Source: Euglena gracilis (Eukaryota). From it: 64,000 nt of DNA. The stretch spans positions 27,268,123-27,332,122 of the forward strand of contig CP154954.1 of assembly GCA_039621445.1 (NCBI GenBank), read 5' to 3'. The notes under the pieces were generated by a model. The model saw nothing but the letters and a program-made list of their open reading frames with translations, was not told the origin of the DNA and ran no database searches. Position numbers and translations under genes: made by a program. Shown here piece by piece: positions 1 through 11,505 of this stretch (positions are counted from its first letter, which is position 1; every line of letters starts with the position of its first letter).

Positions 1-296
1 GCCCCTAAAGGAATTTCAATGGAGAAACTTCACCGGTGAAGTTCACCGGTGAAGTTCACCGCCATGTGTTTCCAATGAAGAGGGGGGGTGCAGGGTTCGG
101 CGTATTTTTCCGCTTCGAAAAATTCGAATTTTTCAAGGTTGAATTATTCGGGGGTGGGGGGGGTCCCGCCCGAAAAACCCAAAGTTCACTGCCTGATCTC
201 CAGTTCAGTTCGGAAGTGAACAGGGGAGGTCCGGGGACCCCCCCTCCCCCCTGTACCTGGGTTCCTTGGACTTCAAAGAGACGTTAGCGTCTCGGC

Positions 297-545
297 CAGG
301 GGTTTTTTTAAGACCGGGGGGGGGGGTCGGCACCCACCCACCCACCCCCTGACCCCCTGGAGTGGGCCCCCCTCGGGGGAGGGGGGGGTCCCGGAGGACC
401 CACCCACTTTTGCCCGAAAATGGCCAAAAAGCGCCAAAAGTAGCAGCTTTTCCAAAATTTTCGGCGCCTTCGGCACCAAAAAAGATATACCCACCAGCCC
501 CTACCCACCCCCCGGGGGGGGGTCCAAGACGAAAAAAAACCCATG
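297..545. mobile_element. hAT-like MITE (CAG-type TIR, 8-bp TSD)
   Basis: Ends caggggttttttt / aaaaaaaacccatg; flanks gtctcggc / ttctcggc. An uninterrupted copy of the host repeat is at ~23316-23360. Confidence 0.7.
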
Positions 546-636
546 TTCTCGGCCCCTTTGGGGCCAGGAGGACAGAAAAAAAATACATTTTGGTTGTGCC
601 AAGAAAATTTTTTGGCTCGCCCCCCCCGGGAAAAAA

Positions 637-1395
637 TTGTTCCTATGGCTGCTTCAAGTGGATTTCAGGAATGCCTTCAACTCCTTGTCACGGGAAAAAA
701 TCCTGCAATCCATCCGTAGACGATGCCCAGAAGTGTGCCCTTGGCTGGATTCGTGCTACGTCCAACACAGCAAGCTGTATTGTGGAAACCATTGTCTGCC
801 TTCCCAGAGGGGAGCTCAACAAGGCGACCCATGCGGACCTGCAGCTTTCGCCTGGGGTGTGCAAGACCTTTGTGAGGGCCTCTCACCTTTGGTCGAATGG
901 CAGGGGTGGTACTTGGATGACGCCCATCTGCTGGGATCGCCAGCCCAATTGCACAATGCCCTTGCCTTTCTAATTCGTGAGGCAGCCACGCTTGGGTTGG
1001 CCGTGAACCCTGCAAAATGTCGATTGTGGGGACCAGCGTTCACATCAACAGAAGGTGTCCCTTGCATTCCCCCTGGCACGCCACAGGATAGCCCCTTACA
1101 TCAAATACCACTGACCGCCTTTGTTGCTGGTTCTGGTATGAAAGTTTTAGGGGTCCCTGTCCACCACCCCCAAGATGACTGCTTCTGTGAAGAAGTTTGG
1201 AATGAGCACATTGAAGACATCCGACGTTCTTGCACAGTACTTCAGCACCTACCTCAATCGCATGTGCAATTCACCTTGCTTCGGTTTTGCTTATCCGCTT
1301 GCAAAGTGAATGACCTCTTGCGCGCCTGCAAAATCTCCTCTGCAACAGCGGCATGCAAGTCATTGTCGGGAATTATTCGGGAAACATTCCTTGAA
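637..1395 (+). pseudogene. Fragment of CRE/SLACS-like non-LTR reverse transcriptase
   Basis: Motifs LLQVDFRNAFNS, GAQQGDPCGPAAF, GWYLDD, GLAVNPAKC, KVLGVP. Truncated at both ends. Confidence 0.9.
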
Positions 1396-3046
1396 GCCTT
1401 GTTTGTGGAAATGTCTGACATTTTGTCCCGGATGTCCCCTGATGCCCTGGGTAAGCAAGAAAAGCTTCTAATGCTTGTGTCCAAAATTCACCCCCTGCAA
1501 TGGAAAGACATGAGATCTGACGAACGCAACCGTGACAAATGTTCGACCTTTGATTCCCTTCAAGAATTTTGGAGAAAGAAAGTCACCGACGATGCCCTGG
1601 AACGTTTTCTGTATTCCCAAGCCACAGCCTTCGGTGGTGAGAAGTCTGCCAAAATCCACCTGATTGGGGAAAGTGATGAGCCAAGTTCGACCAACCCTGG
1701 CAAAGGCAAGTCCAAGGGCAAAGGCAAAGGCAAAGGGTTCAACCAACACAAGCCCCCTGGCCGTGGACCCCCCGCAGACCGCAGCAACGAGCCAAATTTC
1801 AAGGCGAAAATAACCTGCAAATACTGCAAGCGTGTCGGCCATTATGAGGATGCTTGTTGGACAAAAAAACGGGAGGACAAGAAGCGTCTGAATCAATCAT
1901 CGCCTCAGCCGCCCCGTCCTGCCACACAGTCAAACTTGCCTGCCAATTCGCCCCCCAATTCTCGGGAAGACCCTGGAAAGAAGCGCAAATTCGAGTCCAT
2001 TTCATATCTGGGAAAACCAAGCACCACGTTGTATTTGGAAACCAACATTGGTGGAAGAAATGTGCCGGCTGTTCTAGATACCGGGGCCACCACGTCTGCC
2101 ATTTCAACCCGTTTCTCCCAAGGCCTTCCTGTCCAAAGAGAAAAGGCATTCCCGGTCAAGATGGACGATGGAACTGTTGTGTATTCGGAAGGTGTTGCTG
2201 AAACCACCCTGCATCTGGGGAACAACGACTTTCACCAAAAGCTGCTTGTCCTGAACACAACCGCGTTCGATGCTGTTCTTGGAATGGATTTCCTGAACCA
2301 CCCCAAAGTTTCTGGAATACTGTTTTGTCCTGCCCGTCTCGTCATTGGTGATGAGGCAATTCCTCTGCGTGAGGAAAAAGGACACATTTACTCCATGTAT
2401 CGATGTTTGCCACTGAAAGCTATCAGTTGCTACCCAAATTGCGAGCCAAAGCGCTGAATGATCTTGGAATTGAACCAACCAAAATCCGAGTGTGAAAAAT
2501 AAATAATTGTAAGGAAAACAGGCAGGTACTGGAATGAAACTTGAATGAATTTTGGGTGCAAATGGAAAAGAATTGGGTATGGAAAAAGTGGTTGGGAAAA
2601 CCCAAAAGGGAAATTGGAATGGAAATGTTGCGAAAAGACTTGATTTCGTCGCGAAAAGATCGCTGGGGTCAAACCAAAAAGATCGTGGTGGGAGGGTGTT
2701 GAGGGGGAATTTCTGGGGCCAAGACTTGGAGACGGCAAACCCAAAAAAAACAGGTGGTGGACATTTGGGATACGGGGAGATCTATTGATGCCAAGGTCGC
2801 AAAACCGTGTCACATCAGATGGGCGATAAACTGTGGAACCTTGAAACTTTTGAGGGAAACGACTTTGAGCTTGTTTAAATTTGATTCTGTATAAGATTGA
2901 TTCAATCCCAAAGTATCCACTCGTCCGTCATTGGGAAAATTTGCGTGAGGACAGGAAAGTCCATGTCTCGAATGTTTCGCGGGAAGGCTAATCAGTTGCT
3001 CCAAGCCAAATCAGATCTTGGAATTGAACCAACCAAAATCCGAGTG

Positions 3047-3420
3047 GACCTGTTTGCTTCACAAGGCAATGCCCATGAATTGCTCCACTGTTCGAAGGAA
3101 AACAGCGCATGGAAATATGACTGGTCAAAATTGAAGGCCAATGAGTCTGAGTTTCTGTGGGCAAATCCGCCGTGGTCCAAACTGGAAAAGACATTGACCA
3201 AAATTGGGATGCACAGGGCTAAAGTGGTTCTTGTGACCCCTGACTGGGGTGGAGGTTCGAGCACAAATTGGAGAAGACTGTTGGACAGAATGACTGTTGA
3301 TCAGATCAGTGTGCCTGATGAAAAGGTATTCATGCGCGAAAAAGATCAAAGGGTCCTGCCAAAACCCCAATGGGGGACTCTGATTTCTGTGGTGGACGGC
3401 ACCCGAATTCGTGTGTCTGA
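3047..3420 (+). pseudogene. DNA N6-adenine methyltransferase domain (DIRS/Dam-like) inside the Gypsy pol
   Basis: VDLFAS..N, NSAWKYDW, LWANPPW (NPPW at 3164-3175), VVLVTPDW. Same ORF (2897..4597) as the start of RT. Confidence 0.85.
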
Positions 3421-6400
3421 GCTTGACCCAAGACTTTTGGCACACCTCCATCGCAGATGCAAAAATCTTGGTCTGTCTGATCTCAAAGCCATTCACAAAC
3501 CAAAGGAGGTCTTTGTGGAAGTTGATGCCCAAGAGCCAAAACCGCCTGTTCCCTGTACACCATCAAAGCCCTGTGAGTCCAAACTGCCTGAACTCTCTCC
3601 AATTTCCATGAGAGACGATTTTGAGCTTGATTCAACCTGGGATTTGGACTTGTTCATGGCTGAACTGACCCGTGAAGTGGACTCACAAATTTTTCAGATT
3701 GCCGAATTGCTCCAAGATGTTTCAACCGTTGTTCGACAATTCACCAATGGGGGAGAGTGGTCCACCAAGGCCAAACGTTCTTCCCCGTTTCCCGCCTGCC
3801 GAAGTGATTTCCAACAAATTGCATCCATGTTCAACCCAAATGAGCACAATCATCTTCAAATGCAAGCAACCCAAAAGCAGTGGAAGGAATCTGACATTTT
3901 GCATGGCGAGTTCAATCAAGAATTGGAAAAGCTGGACGCAGAGCCCACAATCAAATCGATCCTACAAGAATTTTCCGATGTTTTTCGAGAATTGCCACCT
4001 CCTGGTACCTGCAAGAAACTGGTATCCATGGATCTGGAGCTAAAACCTGAATTTCAAGGTTCTACTGTTCGCGAGAAATGCTTTCCCATGCCGAAGCCTG
4101 ATGTTTTGGAGATGGAAAGACAGGTTGGGGAACTTGTCAGCTCTGGATTGGTGGAAGAATTCAAGGGTTCAGATTTTCCCAGATTCTGTTCTCGCTCATT
4201 CCTGGTGGAGAAGGACAAAGGCAAAGAGACCAAAATTGTGAAAACCAAACGACTTGTTGGTGATTACAGCAAGTTGAATTGCAAGACAGTTCCCGACGTT
4301 GGTTTTCTGCCGGACCTTGAAGCCACTGTTGAAGGCCTGGCCGCCCTGCATTACAAGTCAAAACTGGACATGCGCTCTGGATTTTGTGCAGGTGGAGTTG
4401 ACTCTCAGAGCCCAGGAGTTGACTGCCTTTATTTTGCCAAATGGACGCGTGTACAAGTGGAGGGTGATGCCTTTTGGTCTGAGCAATGCCCTTGGAGTGT
4501 TTCAAGAGCTAATGAACAAAGTCATCGACGATTTTCGACGCAGACCCAAAGCCAAGGAACTCCTGGAGCAAGGATGTGTGGTTGCCGCCTTCTTTGATGA
4601 TGTTGGAATTGGAACCCACACGTTGGAACAACACCATGAGATTTTGAGAGAGTTTTTCGAAGTCGCCCGACAAGATCACCTCAGAATCAAACTTAGCAAG
4701 TGTGAGTTCATGAAAGAAAGTCTGGAGTACCTCGGATATCAACTGGAAAATGGCTGGTGGAAACCCTCGACAAAGAAAATTGAGGCTTTGCAGCGTGTCC
4801 AAGTGAAAGATCTCAAGTCCCTTCAACGTTTTCTCGGATCCCTCAACTTCTATCGCCGCCACATCCCAAGGTTCTCTTTCACATCAGCCATTCTGACTGA
4901 CCTGACCAAAAAGGGTGTTCCGTTCAAATGGACCGATGAACATCAATCTGCTTTTGAGACCTTGAAATCGAAACTTGCCGGTGTCAGAAATTTGGGAGTC
5001 CCCAACAGTGATGGAGAAATTCTGATTGTCACTGACGCCTCTGATGTTGGTGGCGGTGCAAGCCTCTACCAATGGCAAAAGTTGAGCAAAGACAAAACTG
5101 AGTCATTTGGTGCTGTGATCGGAGTCAACCGTGATGGAACCCTGAAACACACCCACACTGAAAGCGAAGTCCTCGTGCCGCTCGGTCATTTTAATTGGAA
5201 ATGGTCGCCCGCGCGCCAAAATTACGCTACCTACGAACAAGAATTGCTGGGTGGGGTGTTGGGCATTGCGTCTCAACGCCGAATCGTCTCACACCTGCCC
5301 ATTGTCTGGCTGTGCGACCAAGCTGCCGTTTCGTACTTTGTTCGCGGGAACCCCCCTGAGAATGCCCGACTGAAACGCTGGTGGGTTTTTCCTGTCCCAG
5401 ACAACCTTTGTGAACTTTTCCAAGCTGACAGTGAAGACCTTGCCCGACAAGATTTCCAAAGAATGGACATCCAGCTTGATCTGAGAATGGAGGCTTTGGA
5501 ACAAATGAAGGACCTTTGCCCCCAGGACTATCAAGAGGAGTATGCACAAGTTTGGGGGAGAATCCAACCTCACAGTGCAACCCTGATTGACGGAACCATG
5601 TTTTACCGCGACGAGAACGAATGGAATGAAAAGAAACTTGTTCTGCCGAAAGAAAAATTGCATGATACCATTGCCCGGTGCCACACGATCAATGGACACC
5701 CTGGAATCGAAAGGACAACCTGGTTCCTGAAAAGCAATTTCCACGTTGACTTGACTCTGAAAGACCTGATGGAAGAAGTTCGGAAAACCATTTTGCCTTG
5801 CAGAATATGTGCTGAAGCAAAACCGAACTCAGCCAAAGACCGAGGATTGGTTGGTGCATTACCGATCCCTTCGATGGTGAATGAAATTTTGTATGTTGAT
5901 TTCATCTCGATGGATGAATATGCTGGCAAGGACTACATTTTGACAATTGTCTGTGGTTTGTCCCGCTTTGCCCAGTTCATCCCCTGCCGCAAACGGATCG
6001 ATGCAGAAGGTGTTCTGGAACTTGTGTTCAGAGAATGGATTCAGAAGTTCGGTCGCCCCAAAGAAATATTCAGTGACAACGATGTGCGTTTCGTTTCAGA
6101 AAGAGGATTTTGGCAATCCGCCCTGAAGGCCATGAAAGTGAAAGTAAATTTCTCAACTCCCCGAAGGCCTGAGAACAATGGTTTGTGCGAAAGGATGAAT
6201 CGGAGTTTCGTACAAAACATGCGGTGTTTGATGGCAAGCCAAAAATCAAAGGACTGGATTCGCCTTGTTCCCCTGTGCACCTGGATGATGAACAAGTTCA
6301 CTCGTCAACCCAACTGTGCCCCGCTGAACTTTTCTTCGGCCGACCCGCCTGGCAACCGGACCTTGTCCCTGAGCCTGATGCCAACCCGAATGTCCAATCC

Positions 6401-6804
6401 TGGATCACCAACCAAATTTCTCTTCAAGAGTCCGCTGTCCAACGGCTGAAAGCCCTCAGAGAAAAGGCGCTTCAGAGAAACAACCGTGGAAGGTCAACCG
6501 CTGTCTATCAAGTCAATGACTATGTCCTGGTCCATCGCAATCGGTTTCCCCAATGGCCAACTGCAAAGTTGGGATCCCAATGGTTTGGACCTTTCCGAAT
6601 CATCCAAGTCAAGCACTCCACTGTTTTGCTGAGAGCGTCCCCGAAACTGGGAGGTGAAGTTGAAGTCGCTTTCAAGTTCCTGAAGCGTTTTCCAAACCAG
6701 CCTGAAGAAATGAGCGACAATGAAGACGAAGCAGAAATTTCCGTTCGGGATGAGGCAAACCAACCTGAAGCCCCACCTGAGGAACCCAACACTGAAGAAG
6801 ATGG

Positions 6805-6990
6805 ATTTTTTGAAGTTGAATCCATCCAGACCCATAAGTACAAACAAGGTTGGAGGTTCCTGACTGTCTGGGAAGGCTATGGTCTCCGAGACGCAACTTG
6901 GGAACCAATCAAAGCATTCATCCACAATGATGGTTGTCTGACCAAAGCTTTTGTGGATTATTGCGAGACAAAGAACTTGAATGTCCCGCT
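6805..6990 (+). pseudogene. Chromodomain at the integrase C-terminus
   Basis: FFEVESIQTHKYKQGWRFLTVWEGYGLRDATWEP in ORF 6185..7063. Confidence 0.85.
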
Positions 6991-7291
6991 GAAAAACGCT
7001 CAAGACCTTGCCTCCCGAATTCCTGTCCGCATGGCTACCCTGTTTTGCTTCTCCGATGAGTGAGCAAACCAAACTCTTCAACTTTGAGTACTTGCCTGGC
7101 ATTTCCGCAAGAGGATCCGAACCTAGTAGGAGCCCATGGAAGCCTGATGTGAGTAACTTCAAGGTTTACTGATCTTTGACCCCAATCCAGACCCAAAGTC
7201 TCTGCTGAGGATGCTGAATTTCAGTAGGCAACCCATTGAGAAACGGCGTTGTTTGTCGCAAACCTGCCCTGCCTGTTTGCGAGTGGGAGAT

Positions 7292-7632
7292 TGTAACGCC
7301 GTAGCCTGATTTACCAGTGCACAGAACACTTTCCTCTTACCCAGGCGTCGCTTTGCGATGTCTCCTTCCTGGCAGCTCCCTGCTGCTCAGGATGGCACCC
7401 ATTAATATCGCACGGTGGTGGGGCGAACCGAATCCACCGACCAGTGGCACTGCCTACTGGATTTGAGTGTTCGGGGGAGATGGAAGCTATGTACAGATGG
7501 GGAGACCCCATGGATAGTCGGAAGTGGTTAGGCAGAGGCAACGGGGATGTAGCCAATTTTTTGGTCCCACCAACAAGCTCAACCAATGAGTCAAGTGATT
7601 ATGTGTCAAATTTGATAGGAGTATTTGTTACA
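7292..7632 (+). repeat. 3' LTR of the Gypsy element (~341 bp)
   Basis: Polypurine tract gagtgggaga (7281-7290) followed by TGTAAC...GTTACA terminal inverted repeat. No 5' LTR in the window to confirm. Confidence 0.75.
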
Positions 7633-8183
7633 GTCTTCCAATTTCTGACCCAACATGCAACAGACTGTGTTTCGATGAGTCAGGGGCCTTCAGCATAATA
7701 ATTGTGTGTGCTTTCTGACCTGAGATGCGACAGTGGTTTCTCCTTTGGGGTTGCGCACTTTTTAGGGAGGTAGTTTCAGACCCTTTGGGTGTGCACACTT
7801 ATGAGGGCACTGCACATAATTTGGGAACTGCGCATAATTAGGGCACACTTATTAGGGGGAGTTTACAGGAGTTCCGATTTCACAAAAAATTTCCTAAAAA
7901 AGAACCGGTCACCGCTGCGGGCCGTGGCAGGTGGGGGCATCGGATTCGCGAGGCCGGTGGGGGGGGGGCGCCCCTGAGCGCGGCGCTGCGGACCTTGTTG
8001 AAGAGGCGCAGGCGCGTCTCGCACTTCCACTCCTGCTCCACCGCTGGCAGGGCCCCGGGGTTTGGGCGACGCCCCCCAACCCCGCTCCGCCCCGGGGCCC
8101 AGGCAAATGAAATGAAAATGCACTGCACACAAAAATTCTGGGAGGTGGGCCTCCTGGCCCGTTGCCTGCTTGGTCTCTTGGTC

Positions 8184-8909
8184 TCACAGAGAGTTGGCCC
8201 CCTCCACACCCGCCAAATTGGCCACCTGCTGACGTGGACGGCGGCGGCCCAGCACGCTGTCCCAGTGGACCTGGCACAGGTCCACCTCCGCCTGCGACCG
8301 CCGGCTGCGGCCAGCCTGCGCGTCGAAGCACAGCTGGTCCAGCTCCGCCGCCGCGTCGGCGGAGGGCACCTGGTCCTTCAGGAGCGTCCGCAGCGCGTAC
8401 TGCAGCACGTCCTTCAGGGCCGTCTCGCCCTTCGGCCCCGCGTCCGGCTCCAGCAGGGACGGCGGACCGACCCAGCCGTCCGGCCAGCGCGGGACCACGG
8501 ACTGGTCCTCGGACTCCTCACCCTCGTCCGCGTCCAGCTCCTCCGGCTGCCGCCGTCGCTCCGGACGCAGGCCCCTCACCGAGGCGTACGTCACCATCTG
8601 GTGGACCAGGCGGTCGGGGGCGTTCAGGGGCGGCCGCAGCTCACTGCCGTCCAGCAGGTCGTCCAGGTTGCGCAGGCAGTCCGCCATCCACCGCCGGTCC
8701 ACCCCGCCCGCCCGCAGCTCCCGGGCGCCGTGGTGCCCCTGCCTCACCAGGAGGTACAGGTCCATCACGTCCTCCACCTCCACCGCCTCCGGGTGCTGCT
8801 GCATGGACCCGCCCAGCCTGCTGAGGGTGGCCTCGTTGACCTCCTCGGAGAAGCAGCAGGCGGGCAGCTGCTCGTGCCACCGGTCCCACATCAGCAGGGC
8901 GCACCACAA
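8184..8909 (-). pseudogene. GC-rich coding-like ORF of unknown product, possibly a DDE transposase C-terminal fragment
   Basis: Strong G/C third-position bias. LPACCFSEEVNEA loosely resembles the Transib/RAG1-type catalytic-E segment. Confidence 0.35.
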
Positions 8910-9122
8910 CCATCCGCCCGCCCTCCCGCCCGCGCCAAGCAGGCCGCCTCACCCCTACCGTCAGCCACCCCAGCCGTCAGCCACTCAAGCCGTCCCTCTG
9001 CGCCTTATATTGAAGATGGGCCTTGCCCGTTTTCCTCCTGCCACTGGTCGGTGGACTCGGTTCGCCCCACCACCGTATATAAAGGTCATCATAGTGAAGC
9101 CCCCGGTAAAGCCTGTGTTGGT

Positions 9123-9194
9123 ATGCGTGTGTGCGTGTGTGGGTATGGGTGTGTGTGCGTGTGTGGGTGTGGGTGTGTGGTTGTGTTGTGTGTG
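9123..9194. repeat. (TG)n-rich microsatellite
   Basis: Imperfect TG/GTGG repeats next to the poly(A) end of the minus-strand element. Confidence 0.85.
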
Positions 9195-10118
9195 TTTTTT
9201 TTCGCATACCTCCTCCCGTGGTTAACGGAGGACGTGGTTGGGTTGTAAGAGGTGGAGCAAGGCGATGGCCACATTTTGGTAGATTTCCGCTTGCTTGGTT
9301 TCGCGCTCAGCGCCTTTGGGCACAGCCTACTGGGTTTCGTCAGAGTTCGAAGGAGGGGGGCTATGTACAGATGGGCGCAGCCCATGGGCAGTGTGGTTGT
9401 TTGCGGTGGCAAGGTAGGGGGTAAGGGGGATTAGCAGTGGGGCCAGTGGGCTTCAAGGCGGTCGTGTAAGTGCCGGAGGTCGACTACTGTTGGTGGGGTC
9501 GGAGCCCTTCGGGCAACCTGGTCCGTTGTCGGAGATCACGTTCACGGCTGCGGGGCAAGGTTGTTGGCGGTTAGGCGGCTTTGTGGGCCACCGTTTGGCG
9601 GCTTTGTGGGCCACCGTTTGGTTCTCGGGCCGCGGTTCCTGTTTCCGGGCGTTGCGGTGGCCGGAGGGCGTGATGACGCGATCAGCGCGGAGTCGATCAG
9701 GGAGGTCAACGAAGGAAGTGTTTCGGGCGTAGCATCTGTGCCACTTGGCGGAAGAGGGCCAACGCGATAAGCTGATAGCCTTCGGCCTGTCGTGTGCAAC
9801 GCACGTCGCCCTGCTCCCACGTAGCGGTCCGTTTCACCATTCTGGCCAGTAGTTTGGCACTTTCCGGTCCCACCCCACCCCACGTGCCCATTGCCACAGT
9901 GGCGAACGACCAACCGCCGTTGCGACAGGGGACATCGTATTTGGCGTGTTTCGCTTGCTCCCGCCGCTTAAGGAAGGTTCTCCAGCGTTCCCGGGTCCCG
10001 CTTTGCTTGCCGGGGTGAGCAGACGTAGCCACCGCCAGTGTTGGCCAGTCCAGTAGATCTCCTCCCAGACGTCGTCGGGCGCCAGGGGGGGGGATGGGCT
10101 CGCCGGTCCCCCCGGGCG

Positions 10119-10175
10119 AGGCCCCGGGTTATCCTCGATATCGCCGCAGCAGAGGATATCCCTGTGGCAGAGCTG
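10119..10175 (-). other. 2A-like StopGo peptide coding sequence
   Basis: QLCHRDILCCGDIEDNPGP matches D(V/I)ExNPGP. Confidence 0.85.
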
Positions 10176-11505
10176 CCTCGAGAGGCCGGGGCGACTGTGA
10201 CCGTCGGCGTGATGCCACCCCATCGTATGCCCGTGGCGCCGACCCCCCCGAGGGGCGGTAGCCGGCCGCCCTCCCCCCCCCATCTTGGGGCTGCGCGCAG
10301 GGGGGATACATGAGCAGCTGGACGTCGTCGTCCGCCAGGTCAGACCAGGTGCGACCGGGGGGGTGGGGGGGCAGGGGGGAAGCGGTGATATGGATTCCCT
10401 CCAGCCAGTGGTCCACGAGGACTTTTTTTGTTTTTTTTTTCTGGACCCGGTCCATTCCCCCCAAATGGAGGCGTCCGTCGAAGACAGCACAGACCAATCG
10501 TCTGCTGCTGAAATCGAGTTTGTCGGCAGGTTGGCCGGGGCTCTGGAACTGGCTGCTAAGGTGTGCTCCTTTTTTTGTGCAGCCCTTTTTTGATCCACCA
10601 GGTCGGTGACCATTTTCTTTTCCTCAGTGGACCTTGTCCTGAGTTTTTCCAAAATCCTCTGGATTTGGGGTGTTGTGGTGCATTTTTTGGGGGGGGGCCT
10701 TGGCCCAGTCCTGGGTGTGACTTCAAAAACTTCTGCCCCCCCCCCCTCTTCCACTCCCCCCCCCTTCGATTTGGCAGGGCACAAATGAAGGAGATGGTGG
10801 GAGGGAGGGTCCAGAGGGTCCAGCTGCCATTAAGAGCGGGGCATCGGTAGCAATGGACATGTGGCTGCCATTTGAATTTAAATTTAAATTTGGAACATTT
10901 CCAAGCAGCATCCACATGATTTGTAGCAGCAGTTGTCGCAGCAGGTCGGTGGGGAGCTGCAGCCCTTGGTTGGCTGTTGCACTGGCTGTCATGGTGGGGG
11001 TGTTCCTCACAGGGCCCCCCAGGAGGCTGCCCATCTGGGCCCCCATTTGGCTGCCCATTTGCCCCATTTGGGGCTGCAGCTGTTGCTGCTGTTGCTGATG
11101 TGGCTGCTGTTGTTGCTGGGCAGTCCTTCCGGGCTTCCCCTGGGGATTTAAAAGTGTGTGGTGTGTGTGGTGTGTGTGTATGTGTTCAAGCCAGGGGGGC
11201 GGTAAGGGCTGCTCAGGCTGGTGTCGGAGGTGGCGGGGGGGGATGTATCGGCTCTGGTGTTTTTTTTTTGAGGAACTCCTCATAGGCTTCGTCTTCTTGT
11301 CGTCTCCTTTTTCCCGGTCGTCCTTCCTCCACCTTGTCGGCCAGCTCTTCCACTTTGCTTGCTAATACCAGCATATTCTGAGCCACCAGGCTCACTTGCT
11401 CCAGCACCGAATTCATTTTTTTGTTGAGGATGACGTTGTCCAGCGGCACTTCCAGCACGGCTGGCGGGTCTTCTGGGGCCGCGGCCCCCGACATGGCGGT
11501 TTATG

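Larger units (their letters stand above)
1396..7632 (+). mobile_element. Ty3/Gypsy chromodomain LTR retrotransposon, 5'-truncated and frameshifted (gag-PR-MTase-RT-RH-INT-chromo, 3' LTR)
   Basis: Gag CCHC CKYCKRVGHYEDAC; protease VLDTGAT; RT LDMRSGF, MPFGLSNA, FFDD; RNase H TDASDVG, YATYEQELL; integrase HTINGH..CRIC, VDF..SDND..NNGLCER; GPF motif; chromodomain FEVESI..FLTVWEGY..TWEP. 5' boundary approximate. Confidence 0.95.

Noticed and set aside
7995-9248. 417-aa plus-strand ORF
   Set aside because: Antisense shadow of the GC-rich minus ORF, running into a microsatellite.
9270-9345. Possible hammerhead ribozyme on the minus strand (CTGACGA...CGAAAC)
   Set aside because: Stem II closing pair would be A-C, and no convincing stems I and III were found.
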